Source: Hyaloraphidium curvatum SAG 235-1 (taxonomy: Eukaryota > Fungi > Monoblepharomycota). From it: 64,000 nucleotides of DNA. A program made the translations under genes and the position numbers. How positions within the stretch are numbered: position 1 is the first letter of the stretch; the number at the start of each line of letters is the position of its first letter. Location: assembly GCA_025558095.1 (NCBI GenBank), contig JAIVFI010000007.1, positions 558,001-622,000 on the forward strand. Reading direction: 5' to 3'. Below are positions 47,225 to 59,289 of this stretch, in pieces. The notes beneath the pieces are model-generated. The model was not told the DNA's origin. It did no database searches and saw only the letters and a list, made by a program, of their open reading frames with translations.

Positions 47225-49283
47225 ATGGAGGACCTCGCCTCCCAGGTCCGAGCGCTCAAGCGGGAGCTCAAGGAGTGGGAGCACGGCTTCGAGGACGCGT
47301 ACGGGCGCAAACCGACCAAGGACGACATTGTCGCCGCGTCGGAGGAGGAGGATGGGGACCCGAAGGAGTCGCTAGGTGGCCTCGCCCGCTCGACGCCCCG
47401 GGGCCGTGCCGACCCGTCCGCCCCGGCCAGTCTACAAGTTCAAGCTCTACGCCAAGCTCAAAGCCCAGCTCGAGCTCCTCTCGAACCCGCAGCTCTCTTC
47501 CCCCGGCCGCCGCCGCGACGACGCGCAGCCCGACTCGTCCGAGACCGCGAAAGGCTCGCCCGACCGCCGATCCCCGGCCAAGTTCTCCCCGCCCGCCCAC
47601 CTCGTCCCCAAGGGCATCGTCACGGGGCGGTCGCCCATTACAGCGGAGCCCATGCCCGTACCGCAGCCGCAGCGGGCCCCGGCGCGCCCGGCAGAGAGCG
47701 AGTACTCGGATAGCGGGTCCGAAGGGGAGGACGACGACGACGACCTCGAGAGCGAGGCCGGATCCCGACTTCCCCCGCAGGCGAGGGCCTACCTGGGCGA
47801 CGACTCGCGGCGATACCAGCAGGCCGCGTACCAGCAGCCCCCGCAGTCCTACGCCTGGCCCGCGGGCTACCCGCAGCAGCCCTACGGCTACCCGGTGCAG
47901 CAGGCGCCCCGCGGGCCGCAGGGGCAGATGCTCTCCCCGGCGTTCGCGTACGGGGTCGCCAATGCGGCGACGAGCACGCCGGGCCTGGCGCACCAGGACA
48001 GCTACCAGAGGCAGCAGGGGCTCAGCGTCGGCACCGGCGCAGCGAGGCCGACCACGCCGGGGTACCAGCAGCAGCAGGGGTATCCCGTGCCCGGATCGCC
48101 CAACAGGGTGTTTGCGCAGGCGCCGGATCCGAGCGCCGTGGTGCCGGTGGTGCAGGGCCCGTACGGCCTCCCGTGGATGCCGCACCCGGTTATGGGCGGG
48201 GGCTTCGGCGTCCGCGGTTTCGGCGACGGCCTCTTCAAGTGCGTCTTGCGTGCGCTCCGATCTGACTTGATCTGACCCCGCCCCGCGAAAGGCGCCTCCC
48301 GCCAAACACCATCCTCCGCTGCACCATCCACCGCCGCCACACCGGCCTCTTCTCCGACCTCTCCGCGACCTACTACCTCCACAACGAGTCCGACTCGGAC
48401 TCGTTCATGCTCGCCGCCCGCCGCAGGAAGAAGACCAAGGGGGTCAGCTACATCATCGGGACGGACCCTGTGATGCTCAAGCGCGGGGCGGCGGCGGGGT
48501 ACGGCGCCGCGGGGGGGTACGTGGCCAAACTGAGGTGTGGCTATCGGTGGCGGTGCTGCTTGAAAGGGGGCTGACGGCGCGTGGCAGGGCCAACCCGCAG
48601 CGGACCATGTTCGTGCTGTACGACGCGAGGTCGTACGATCCCATCCGCGCCGACAAGGGGCTGAAGGAGCGGATGCTGGTCGAATACGTGTGCGAGGATT
48701 GGGTGCGTGACTCGAAGGCTTCCTCTCTCGAGGCCCCTGCTCACGGTCGTCCGCAGTCTCGCACGGCGCTGCCCCGAGAGATGCACGTCGGCATCCCTTC
48801 CGTCTCCCTCCCCGACCCCGAGGAGCGGTCCTCGGCGCCGGACATCATCACGGACTACCGTATGCACGACCAGAACCGGCTGTCGTTCCTGCGCAACAAG
48901 CCGCCGAGGTGGAACAGCGGTGGGTCGCGTGCCCCGCCCAAAGCGACCGCGGCTGACGTGGTGCTCGTGATCAGGCACGCAGTCGCATTGCCTCAACTTT
49001 GGCGGGCGCGTGACGGTGGCGTCGATCAAGAACTTCCAGCTGGTTATGGAGAACGCCGTCGGCGGAGCACCGGGAGGTGAGCAGCGAGCTCGCTCCGGCG
49101 CAACGCATCCGCTCACCGCCCGCAGAGCAAACGGCATCCGCCGAGGACCTCGCATCCCGCCCCGTGATGCAGTTCGGGCGCACGGGGCCCGACAGCTTCT
49201 GCATGGACGTGACATACCCGCTCAGCGTGGCCGAGGCGTTCTCGCTCGCGCTGTCGACCTTTTCCGCGTACGATGCGTCGTGA
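47225..49283 (+). CDS. Tubby C-terminal domain protein with N-terminal Sld2/RECQL4-N-like helical module (spliced)
   Basis: N-terminal LKRELKEWEHGFEDAYGRKPTKDDI...YAKLK; C-terminal FMLAARRRKK, YVAKLRAN, LRNKPPRWN, CLNFGGRVTVASIKNFQL, MQFGR, MDVTYPLS..AF..ALSTF. Confidence 0.85.
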
Positions 49284-49378
49284 CTGGCAAACGAAACTCG
49301 TACATACTGTAGTTAATGCGTCTCCTTCGGAAGATTGTTGTAATTGGTATACTATTACAAGCCAAGACTCCTGCGGCT

Positions 49379-52300
49379 CTACGCTGCCCCAGCACCACCC
49401 GGACCCCCGAACTCCGCCGGCTCGGGCTCGTAACCCACCACCCTGGCCACCCAGACGTTGGTCGCCGGCACCTTGGACTCGCTGTCCATCTCGGCCATGT
49501 CCTGGTGCCCCTTGCCGTGCCCCTTGAGGCTCAGCATGTGCTTGAGCTCGCGCAGGCGCTCGACGTGCAGGGCAAACTCGAGGACCGACTTGCTGCCGGT
49601 TTCCTTGGCGTCGGGGTCGGGGTCGATCTGCGTGATCTGGTGCAAGATAGTGAGCTCCGGCGCGGATGCGATCATCGAGAGCAAGGATGACGAACCTCGC
49701 ACCAGTTCCGCCGGCGCAACAACTTGCGCTTCATCATCTTGCGAGTTTCGTGGTCGTCGTGCCGTACCTTGCCGCCGCGGGCTCCGGCGACGAGCTGCAG
49801 CTCCCCAATCCGCAGCTGCGAAACAAAAGTCAGACTCGAGCACATGGCGAAACGATGGAGCTCACCAGTCCTTCCTCGACTTTTCCGAGAACGACCTGGC
49901 CGTTGCCGGGATCGTTCTTGATCGGGCGAGCCACGAAGTCCTCGGCGTACTTGTTGCGGAGCTTCTCGTGGTAGGTGTTTGCGCGGTAGAAGCTCTTGAC
50001 TGGCTTGCCGTTGCTGGCCATCGATCGCACGCTTGCGGCACCGCCCGGGGTGACGGTGGGCCGGCGGAGCGGCGGCTTCGTGCGCTTCCGGAATGCGCCC
50101 CAAGGCGGGCCGTCCGTGTACTCGAACACAGCCCGGACGAACACGGGCGGCGGCGCGTTGCCGATCGCGGAACTGATCACCTGGTACTGCGTCATGGGAT
50201 CGCGGATCTCCGTCTCGGTGGTGACCCCGATCGTCCGCAGGCGCCCGAAGCCCGCGCAGTGCACGTCGCCCGTGAGCCACGAGACGCGGAGCTCGAACTC
50301 CTTGGCGACCTGGCCGAAGCGGGCAAAGAGGAGCTGCCGCTCCAGGAGGTGGTGCATCGACGTCCAGTGCTGGTCAAAGGACACCACTCAGTGGGTGGTC
50401 AGACGCAAGCGGCGACGTCAACAACTTACGTCCACCATGTCGTCGAGAAGCTGCGGTTCGCCAAACTTGAGCTGGTCACTCCTATAGAGCTTGAGCTTGG
50501 CGATCACCTCGGTGGCGAACTTGTTGTTCCGGATGAACTTTGATATCCGCTCCAGCGGTCTCTCGAGGGAGCCGATGTCCCCAAAGATCTGCAGGGTGGG
50601 ATCAGCTAGCGGAAGAGTCGGCAATTGACTTGACTCCCACCATCGGCACCGCCTGCATGACCAGCAAGTGCTCGCACGTGCGAGGCACGGTGGCGTTGAT
50701 CCGCTGGAAAATAGCATCCAGCGTCGCGGGGAAGAAGACTTGGTCGATCTGCCGTTCCGTCCTGGTCAAATGCGGCGTGAGAAGCTTGCGACGGCAAGAC
50801 CAAACGGAGCCTGACCTGTTGTCCAAGCCCACAATCGACATCGTCGGGCTCAGGTTGTACACGAAGTTGAAACCGGAAGGCCTTCCGAATGGTCCATTGG
50901 GATCGGCGGGGATCATGCAGTTCTGCGACGCGGCCAGCTCCGGGGTCGTGTGATGCTGGAAGAGGAGAAACTGCTTGGTCGCGACCTTGGCGATGCCCTG
51001 GAAAACCGGGCAGTTGTTAAGATGTTCCGGGTAGCTTCCGAAGCCGTCGAAGAAGTCGTGGTCGTCGGGCACGAAGACGTGAGGGATCCGTGCCATGGCC
51101 TGCAAAGCGTCTTTCAGTATCGAGTGACCACGCCGAGGAGCTGACCCACGTCTCCGACCACGGTCGTCCCAAAGTGCATGCAGCAGTTCCGAAAGTAGAA
51201 CTCGTTGGCCCCGTGCTCCATCTCCTGCGTCCAAGGTGCCGCCTCGCGATCCCGCTGGTAAGGAATGTCGTACATCCAATCGTGCAGCGCGTGTACGTCG
51301 TCAAAGACGTCATCATTGTAGACCTGTTCGAAAGAAAGGATAAGCTCGAGTCGGCGAATGATCATCCAAGCTTCTCTTGACCTGATCGCCTCCGCCTATC
51401 AAGAGATGGAAAGGTCGAGGCACGTTTTCGTCTGGTTCTTCACTCTCCTCGTTGGCGTCCGCCCTCCGTCCACGGTGAACACGCAGAATGTCGTGCCCTG
51501 TGGACAAAGACGAGTTCAGCGGCAGCACCGAGGCCGTGTTGAGTGATCTCACAGAGACCGGGCGTACCGACCCCCTGATCCGCCTCCCGATTGGTGTGCT
51601 CGAACCCGGAGCAGGAGAAAAAGGCACAGTGCCACTTTTGGTTGACGGCTGGAACATGAAGATCGTACATGTCGAGTTCGTCGTGGCGGACCCGGTAGAG
51701 TTCCGGGTTCTCGATCATGACACGGTAGCGGACGAAGGTGGTAAACACTTCGTCCTGCGGGATCTCCAGATCAAAGCGAAAAGCGGTGTAGCCACACTCG
51801 TTTCGGTAGAGCACCGTCGGGGAGCGCAGTGTCGCGAGCGGCACTTCGGGCTTGCCGGAATCCATCTTGGTGGCAAAGACCTCGATCCACGGCCGCGCAG
51901 AAATATCTTCATCCGTGCCGTCGGATCCGGCAAGAGCTCCAGCACCGGGTTTGGCCGATGGTAGTGCTTGGCGATTGCGGAAGTCCTCCAGCTCGTGCGA
52001 AGAGGTACGCCGGAAGGACAGTCCTACCGGGCGAGCCCCTTCAGCTGTCCTATCTGGCTCCGGCGGTGGCACGTCGGTGGAGACTATGGTCACTTCCGAG
52101 TTCGACCGCATCTTGTTCGGCGACGGTTCGAGCGCCTCGTCGCCGTTCTGGGTCAGCTGCGAATCGGTCGGCACCAGGTCCCCGTCCCCATCTTCGGGTG
52201 CGGCGGCCCGTGTAGGCTGCAAAAAGGCCGGAGAGGCCGCCCCCCTGGTCCGCAAATCCAGGTCTGCGAGGGCGAGAGGCTCGAGAACAGAGTCCTTGAA

Positions 52301-52537
52301 CGGGTCGGCCTTCTTCCGCCGTTCCCCCTCGTCGTCTTCGTTCCCGCGCGGCTCCCGGCGCACGAGCACGAGAATGGAGCCCCGCCATGTCTTGGTGTCG
52401 AGGTCGACACCGTGAAAAGCGACGAGGGGACCGACGATATCCTGGGGAACGTCAGGCCTATTGAGCGCAGGAGATGCCGCCGTGCGGTACCCCGGCAGCA
52501 GGCCCCTCTTGCTCAGCTGCGGGTCTTTCAGCGGCAT
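49379..52537 (-). CDS. PhoD-like metallophosphatase family protein (fungal type, many introns)
   Basis: FFSCSGF, LLIGGGDQ|VYND, PDDHDFFDGFGSYP, LTGDVH, VISSAIGN motifs across exons. Confidence 0.82.
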
Positions 52538-53120
52538 CGCGGAGGTTTGGCGAGGGATCGGAAGCCGCGGCGGCCGAACGGCCGAGTGTTCACCGCCAGC
52601 TCAGCCCGCGCCGCCGAGCCGAGAAAGCCTCCACAGCACCGGGGAAACGCGATCGCTGCGGCACGGCTTCCCGCCATTTCGCCGGGAAAGGCAGAAATTC
52701 CGCGTCGAAGACAGTCCCGACAGTTTTCCATCCTGAATGGATTGACGAGTTGGGCGGACGCGTTCCGATGCACGTACGTCGCAAACAAGGACCGCGAGTT
52801 TCTACTCTTCTGCCCACTTGAACCGCCGTCTCTCTTTGGATCTCATCCGGCATTGCTTTTTCATGGCGATTAGGGACTGGGTTCGTCTGAAGACCTTGAA
52901 TGGAAAGGAGACATGAGACCTCGGTGCGCGGTCGCGACGCGTTCAACTCTGCACGCGGTGTGCCGCGAATGAAATGTCGAGACTAAGGCGAAAAGAATGA
53001 ATTCAGTTGCAAGCAACTCCCTCTGTGCTAAACTGGTTCAAATCGACGAAGGAGCTTGTCGACCGGTGCCGTAACCGACGTAAAGCTGTTCTCGCCGTGG
53101 GCAAGCGCAACGCGCTGTTG

Positions 53121-54460
53121 CGACGGAGCTCCACGGACCACTGGAAGACGGCATCCACTTGTTCAGAACGCTCTGGGGCGGATTCTGCCTGGACGTATCC
53201 TGGCTAGTTCGTGGAAGAGCTTCAATGGACCTGACCCACAATTGAGGACCGAAGTTTCCATCTCCAGGCCCCATGACGCCTCGTGGACGCCCCTTAGCGC
53301 CCGTTGTCGATGATCACTATATTCATCTTCAAGTTCCATGGCTCGGAAGTCCCAGAATCGGCCTCTCGGAAGAGTTACTGGGCAAGGAATCTCCGCAAGG
53401 TGGATGGCTGGCGCGGGGCGAGAAAGCACAAAAGCAGGGCCCTGCGCGGAGCTCCATCGTCCCCTCTCATCACTGCATCGCGGCCGCCTGCAACTCGCGG
53501 ACTACTTCATCGCATAGCCACCTGCACAGCGGAGGACAGGTCAGCGCTCCGTCGGCTTCTCCCTCTCCGCAGCCCGACTTGACAGCTCTCTCCCCGCAGC
53601 CCTCCCCGCTCATCACTCATCACTCACCACGATGCCGGGCACCCGGGCCATGACTGCCGACAAGTACCTCACGATGGGCCCGCACGCCCGCCGCGCGGCC
53701 CGCGTCGCCCCGCACGTCGAGCGCAGCGGCACCGTCGGCGGGCACTCCAAGACCAATGCCGAGCCGCCGACGCCCATCGCGGTGCCCGACTTTTTCCGCC
53801 GTGACGGCGAGGTCGACTCGCAGAGGCGCACCGACCAAGCGGCGAAGAGCACCGTGCGCGACGAGCTGTGGGCAGCAATGGCCGGCGCCCTCAACGAGCA
53901 CCAGCTCGGGCAGCTCAAGCGGGTGCGCACGTGGACGTTTCCCCTCACGCTCATCGGCAAGCGCCGGGCCGCCGAGCCGGCTTTGGCGCTGCTGGATGCG
54001 CTGCGGGCGTCCAGGCCGCCGCCCAAGGTCTTTGCCTTTGAGGACGTCGTCGAGAGCCTGATAAAGGGCCTCGCCGTGCTCAAGCCGGCGCTCGAACGGT
54101 ACCTGGCCCACCGCAAGGACTTTGTCAATGCGTGGAATGGCCTCTCGGACTCGGCTTTGCGCTCATGCGCCCGGCACTTCCCCTTCGCCTGGCCCCGCGA
54201 CGTCGAGGAGCAGGTGCGCCGCTTCCTCACTGCGGTTGCGACGGCTATGTCGCCTTTCTTCACGGACATGGGCCGCAAGGCGGGCACGGACTGCTTCGCC
54301 GTGCGCGTGCTCAGGCACGAGCTCGCCAGGGACATTGTCCCCTGGTTGGCCGAGGTAGTCGAGATGAGGCTTGCACTCGATGCCCTGCCGGCCGCCCTTC
54401 ACTGATGGATTGGACGATCGACGAGTTGAATGCGAGATTATTGTGACTGTGTCATTGAAT
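53121..54460 (+). repeat. left arm of ~1.35 kb inverted repeat
   Basis: Reverse complement of 61440-62825; contains ~510 nt upstream sequence plus the 257-aa ORF. Confidence 0.93.
53632..54405 (+). CDS. orphan 257-aa protein, copy A
   Basis: Intronless ORF with intact frame in both repeat arms; 247/257 residues identical to copy B. Confidence 0.7.
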   Translation: MPGTRAMTADKYLTMGPHARRAARVAPHVERSGTVGGHSKTNAEPPTPIAVPDFFRRDGEVDSQRRTDQAAKSTVRDELWAAMAGALNEHQLGQLKRVRTWTFPLTLIGKRRAAEPALALLDALRASRPPPKVFAFEDVVESLIKGLAVLKPALERYLAHRKDFVNAWNGLSDSALRSCARHFPFAWPRDVEEQVRRFLTAVATAMSPFFTDMGRKAGTDCFAVRVLRHELARDIVPWLAEVVEMRLALDALPAALH

Positions 54461-54529
54461 TGAACAGAAAAACAAGCACGATACCATGCGCCAATAGTTC
54501 TCATTCCCAACCATGTGCCAAGCATAACA

Positions 54530-55837
54530 TCAAGCTCCCCGCACGTTGTCTAGGTCCTTGCCCTCCACGCCGACCTCCACGTACGGCGACCGGCATTTGG
54601 CGACCCAGATGCACCTCAGCTCGTCGATGAGGCGGTTCCAGTTGGACCCCCTCGTCCCGACCCAGGCGTCGCACTCGAGGGCCATGAGCAGCTGTCCGAG
54701 GTAGTAAAGCGTGTGCTCATCGCCCTTGTTCAGATGGCCCTGGCCGTTGAACCCGACCCGCGGGATGTCGGAGTGGTACGTCTCGAAGCCCGGGGGCAGG
54801 GTCGCCGCCTCCTTGATCACCTTGGGCTGCTCCGACGACACAAAGAGGGCCGGACGCAAGCCCAGCACGTTCTCCTTCTGCAGGCGCACCGCGGTCTCGG
54901 CAAAGACCGGGTACTCGACCAGCGTCATCTCGCTGCCCTTGTCCCCCAGGCGCACGTGCGCGCCGATGGTCCCCGGCGGGAGCGGGAACAGCGGTGAGGG
55001 CGGGAGCTTGCCGTGCGTCATGGTCATGTTGGGCCGCATCCGGATTTCGCGCAGCGCGTCGATCGTCCGGTCGTTGAAGCGCGCGATGAAAGCAGCGGAC
55101 TGGGCGCGCCACCAGTAGGTCAGCGAACTCCCCTGCATGTCCGGCCGCACCCGCTGGACCGCCTTGCGGGCAGCGGCGGGGATGCTCGGGTTCCAGCCCG
55201 TCATCCCGGCCTTGTCCTTCAGCGCGTCCAGCTTGGCCGTGTTGCCGGCCTTCATCCATGCGGTGCAGTTGGTCGGTTCCCGGAGGTAGCACAGCCAGTT
55301 CCGCGGCGTCCCGTCGCAGAACGCTCCCCTCGCCCACATGTGCCCATGCGCCGGCGAGAACACCATGATCGCGCCGGTCTCCACCGCGACGCCGAGCACC
55401 CTCCCCGTCTGGTGCCAGTCGCTGCCTATGCCGCTGACGATGTGCGCCACGACGAACGTCGCGCGGGCGCACTCCTCGGCGGGCCGGAACTGGTGCGCGT
55501 ACAGGAGCGCCTGCACCTCGCGGGTGGCGGGGGCGAGGCCGTCGGGATCCAGGGACGCGGGGGCGGAGTGCTGCATGCCCTCGCGCGAGTAGAGGAACTC
55601 GACGGAGCCGGGCGCGGGGCCGGAAGTCCGCGGCGGTGCTGCGCCGGAGAACGCCCCGCCGGTTTCTGTCCGCTCCGCGCCCGAGTTGGCGGGCGGAGCC
55701 ACATCGGCGCGAGAGGACGCAGTCCGCGGGTCTGTCCGCTCCGCGCCTGGCTTGCCGACTCCCGCCGCCGCAAACGCATACAGCAAAGCCAAGAGAGCAG
55801 CGACGGCCAAAACAAGGCTCCATGCCGGCCGTAGCAT
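54530..55837 (-). CDS. GT23-like (FUT8/NodZ) alpha-1,6-fucosyltransferase, type II membrane protein
   Basis: N-terminal TM LVLAVAALLALLYAFAAA; motif I IGAHVRLGDK; motif II LFVSSE; motif III WVGTRGSNWNRLIDELR. Confidence 0.8.
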   Translation of the reverse strand: MLRPAWSLVLAVAALLALLYAFAAAGVGKPGAERTDPRTASSRADVAPPANSGAERTETGGAFSGAAPPRTSGPAPGSVEFLYSREGMQHSAPASLDPDGLAPATREVQALLYAHQFRPAEECARATFVVAHIVSGIGSDWHQTGRVLGVAVETGAIMVFSPAHGHMWARGAFCDGTPRNWLCYLREPTNCTAWMKAGNTAKLDALKDKAGMTGWNPSIPAAARKAVQRVRPDMQGSSLTYWWRAQSAAFIARFNDRTIDALREIRMRPNMTMTHGKLPPSPLFPLPPGTIGAHVRLGDKGSEMTLVEYPVFAETAVRLQKENVLGLRPALFVSSEQPKVIKEAATLPPGFETYHSDIPRVGFNGQGHLNKGDEHTLYYLGQLLMALECDAWVGTRGSNWNRLIDELRCIWVAKCRSPYVEVGVEGKDLDNVRGA

Positions 55838-55883
55838 CGCGGTCGAGAGCGCCCGCGTGGGCGGTTGACGGCGCGTCGATCGC

Positions 55884-56779
55884 ATGACCCGATCGGACTT
55901 TCGCACACTGCTCCCTCGGATGGCCGCCAAGCAGGCCAGAGGGCGCAGCAGATTGCTGCTCCTTCTCCCTCTCCTCCTCCTCTTCCTACTCGCGGCCATT
56001 CGGGCGTTTACGACGCGCCGGCGACCCGGCGCACCCCCACGCGACCTGCCAGCGTTCCTCCGAGCCCTCGAGGAGGGCAGACCACAGAACGTGGTGTTCT
56101 ACGGGACCAGCCTGACCGACGGCCAACCTTGGGTCGCTGCCGTCGCGGAGGCGCTGGAGGAGCGGTATCCTGGCTTGCCGCGCGTTGAGAACGCGGCCAA
56201 GTCGGGGATGTGGTCCGGTTGGGGCCTGGAGAACTGGAAGTCGAGGGTTGCCGTACACTGTGGGCCGCTTCCGGTATTGAGGCGTGGAAGGGGCCTGATC
56301 GAACGCGTTCGGCAGCACCGGACGCGGTCTTCATCGAGTTTGCGATAAACGATGCATACCTCGCACTCAACACTTCGGTCCAGCTGGCGAGGTGGAATTT
56401 GGAGGACATGATTGCCCTGGCGTGGTCGGCTCAGAAGCCGGCAGAGGTCATCCTCATGACCATGAACCAGCCGATCGGCGAGGCGCTGCGCGACCGGCCG
56501 CGCGTCGAGGCTTACTACGACATGTACCGCCAAACAGCCAGGGACGATGGGTTGCTGCTCATTGACCACGAACGGAACTGGAAGCGGCTCTGGGGACGGG
56601 ATCGGGACGAGTGGAGGCGGCTCGTGCCCGACGGGCTGCACCCGGGCGAGGAGGGGCAGCGGAGGGTGGTGCTGCCCGAGATGCTGCGGCGGCTCGGGCT
56701 GGTGGACGGGCTGGACGAGTTGCCCGCGGCGCAGGGCGGATCTGCTCCCCTGGATGGCGAGCTTCGCGCCGTTGAGTGA
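55884..56779 (+). CDS. SGNH/GDSL hydrolase with N-terminal membrane anchor
   Basis: Block I VFYGTSLT, block II NAAKSG, block III IEFAIND, block V PDGLHP; one intron ~56247-56313. Confidence 0.85.
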
Positions 56780-56990
56780 TGCTGTGTCGATACTGAGGCC
56801 GGAAACCCCGAGACCGCCGATCAGCGCGGATCATATCCATGTTTGACCTCGTAGCTTAATTCTCTGATGTTCTGCTCTGTCGATTTCGGATCTTTAGGGC
56901 GTGTGGCGCCTGCGATGCGGGTGACAGCTGAGAGCCAATTCCTCGCCCATAGCCGCACGGTCCGGCAGTCCCGCCCGCAACCCGCGGCCG

Positions 56991-58894
56991 ATGGCAGCGC
57001 CGGCGGTGCCCGCGGCGTCCGCGGAGGGCGAGCCGGGCATTGCGGCGGCCGGCGCGGGCCAGGGCGGCGGCGGGGCGCCGGGGCCGCCGGGCGAGGCCGG
57101 GCACGCGGTGTCGGGGCAGCCCGCCCCGCGCCCCGCGCTGCCGCTGCCGCTGCTCGACCGCGTGCTCTGCTTCACGACGCTGCGCGAGTTCCCGCGGCTG
57201 CTGCGCGTCTCAAAGGCCGTCAACGAGCTCGCCGCGAAGCCGCACGTCGTCTGCGCCGTGTTCCGCAACTCGTTCCACCCGTGCGCCGCGCTGCTCAAGG
57301 CGCTCGGTGCGTTGTCCCGCGCTTGTTTTATTGCTGCCCGGCTCGCTGACGCGTCCGATCCCCTCTCCGGCCCGCCTGCTCTCCCCCGTCGCCCCTCTCA
57401 ACACTCTCAACGCACCCTCGCCGGATCTCTCCCGATCGCGCAACAGAGCTGTACCCGCGCTTCGACCTCGCGCTCGCCCAGTGCTTCTGCAAGTGGTACC
57501 TGCCGCTGCCGCGCTACGTGCTGCAGTGGCTGCGCCAGGACCGCCACGGCACGCCGCCGCCCGCCTCGGACACGGACTCGTCGCTGTCGTCGCCCACCGC
57601 CGGCATGTGCCGCGTGCCCAAGGACGCGTACATGTACCTCATGACGCAGGGCTACTGCCGCTACGTGCGCCCCGAGATGAACAGCTTCCTGGTGGACGAC
57701 GACGACGTGGACCACTACATCGCTCTGCTCTCGGACCTCGTCGAGGAGCCCGACCGCAACGCGCAGCGCGAGATCCTGGACGAGCTGTGGGAGCTCGTGG
57801 TCTCGTGCCAGCTGCCCGTCACCCTGCTGCCGCAGCGCATGGGCCCGCCCGAGGAGGCCGCCTCGCTCCTCCACATCCTGTGGGAGCGCAGCATGGCCCT
57901 GCGCAGCGACGCCTTCACCGCCCTCGCGCGCGCCGGATTCGAGTTTGCGCGCTTCAGCGACCCGGACCGCCTCCGCAGCTCGGACCCGTGGACGCGGGCC
58001 GTGGCGGACGACGTGTTCGTGCACCGCAACGATCCGGACAGGATGCACGCCCTGCGCCGCACCGGCCTGCCGTTCCTCGGCGTGCTCTCCTACTTCGGCA
58101 TTCGCGTCGCGCGCTCGCTGGTGATCAAACTGCTCGCGCTCGCCTTGCGCATGGACGAACGGGACGCCGTGATCGGGCTGGTCCGCTATGCCCGGCACAC
58201 CCGCGCGGTGCCGCCCGAGCAACCGTCAGCCTTTGTCCGCAGCGCGGTCCAGCAGGTGCAGACCCTGACGCCGCGGCACGGCACCATTCTAGCCTACATC
58301 GCCGACCACCACCTGCCCGTCTACGACGTCGCCACGATCGTCGTCAACGAGTGGCTGTACCAGGCAGGGGAGCAGAACGCCCGCTTGGTGGAGGACATCG
58401 CCAGGGCGGTGGAGATAGCCCACCCCGACGCGCCGCGGATCTGGGGCCTCTGCAACAGCCAGGCGCAGCTGACCCGCGAGGAGGTGCTCGAGCTCAGGGT
58501 GGCCGCGCAGGCCGAGGGGTGGGACCAGGAGAAGATGGACCGCGAAGTGGAGCGGTACCGCACCTCCCGGGCCCAGGAAACCTTCCATGGCTACACCACG
58601 CATCGCATCCAGGCGCGGTGCGCGGCGGTGGACCGCTGGGATACCATGGAGCGGCTCGCCCTCGCGTCGGGGAGCCTGGGCACGGAAGCCCTCCAGATGC
58701 TCGTGCAGCGGACGGTCAAGGCAAAGGAAAGGTACCGCGATGTCTGGGTGTCGCTGCTTGAGGAGCAGCTGCAGCCGATCGTGGCCTCGGCCGCCAGGGA
58801 GCTCGTGGGGCGGCAGGCGCCCCAGTTCGCCGAGGCGGACGACCACGACGTGCTGAGGTACCTGCTCGTGAGGACGGGGTTGAGGGTCGACTGA
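56991..58894 (+). CDS. hypothetical protein with F-box-like N-terminal motif (spliced)
   Basis: LPLPLLDRVLCF...LLRVSKAVNELA resembles an F-box; long GC3-biased ORF 57518-58894; introns between 57307 and 57447. Confidence 0.6.
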
Positions 58895-59289
58895 GCGGCC
58901 GCGCGGAGCGGACGGGGCGGCCCGCGGCGTCTATGCGGCGCCCCTTGGCAGGCGGTTTTGGACGAGTACCCAAGTTGGTTGAGCTGTCGTCGTTAGACAG
59001 AGAACGGACTCGTTCGCCGGAACTTTCTCCGGCCGGGTTCGGAATCGATACCTCGCGTGCCGCCTAGGCGGGCGTGGAGAAGCTACGTGTACAGATTTGG
59101 CGCCGTGATCCTTCCCAGATAGGTAGACTGCGTCGGCGATTGGCTCTGTTGCCCACAGACAAGGCATGATTGTAGTTCAACCAAAAAAGCAATGGTACAG
59201 TTGATCTTGCCGAGAAGCGGCTCTAGCAGTTCCAATGAGTGCAATCCAGACAGTCCAACGCGTGCTCCCGGGGGAGGCCTCTTCGGGCG

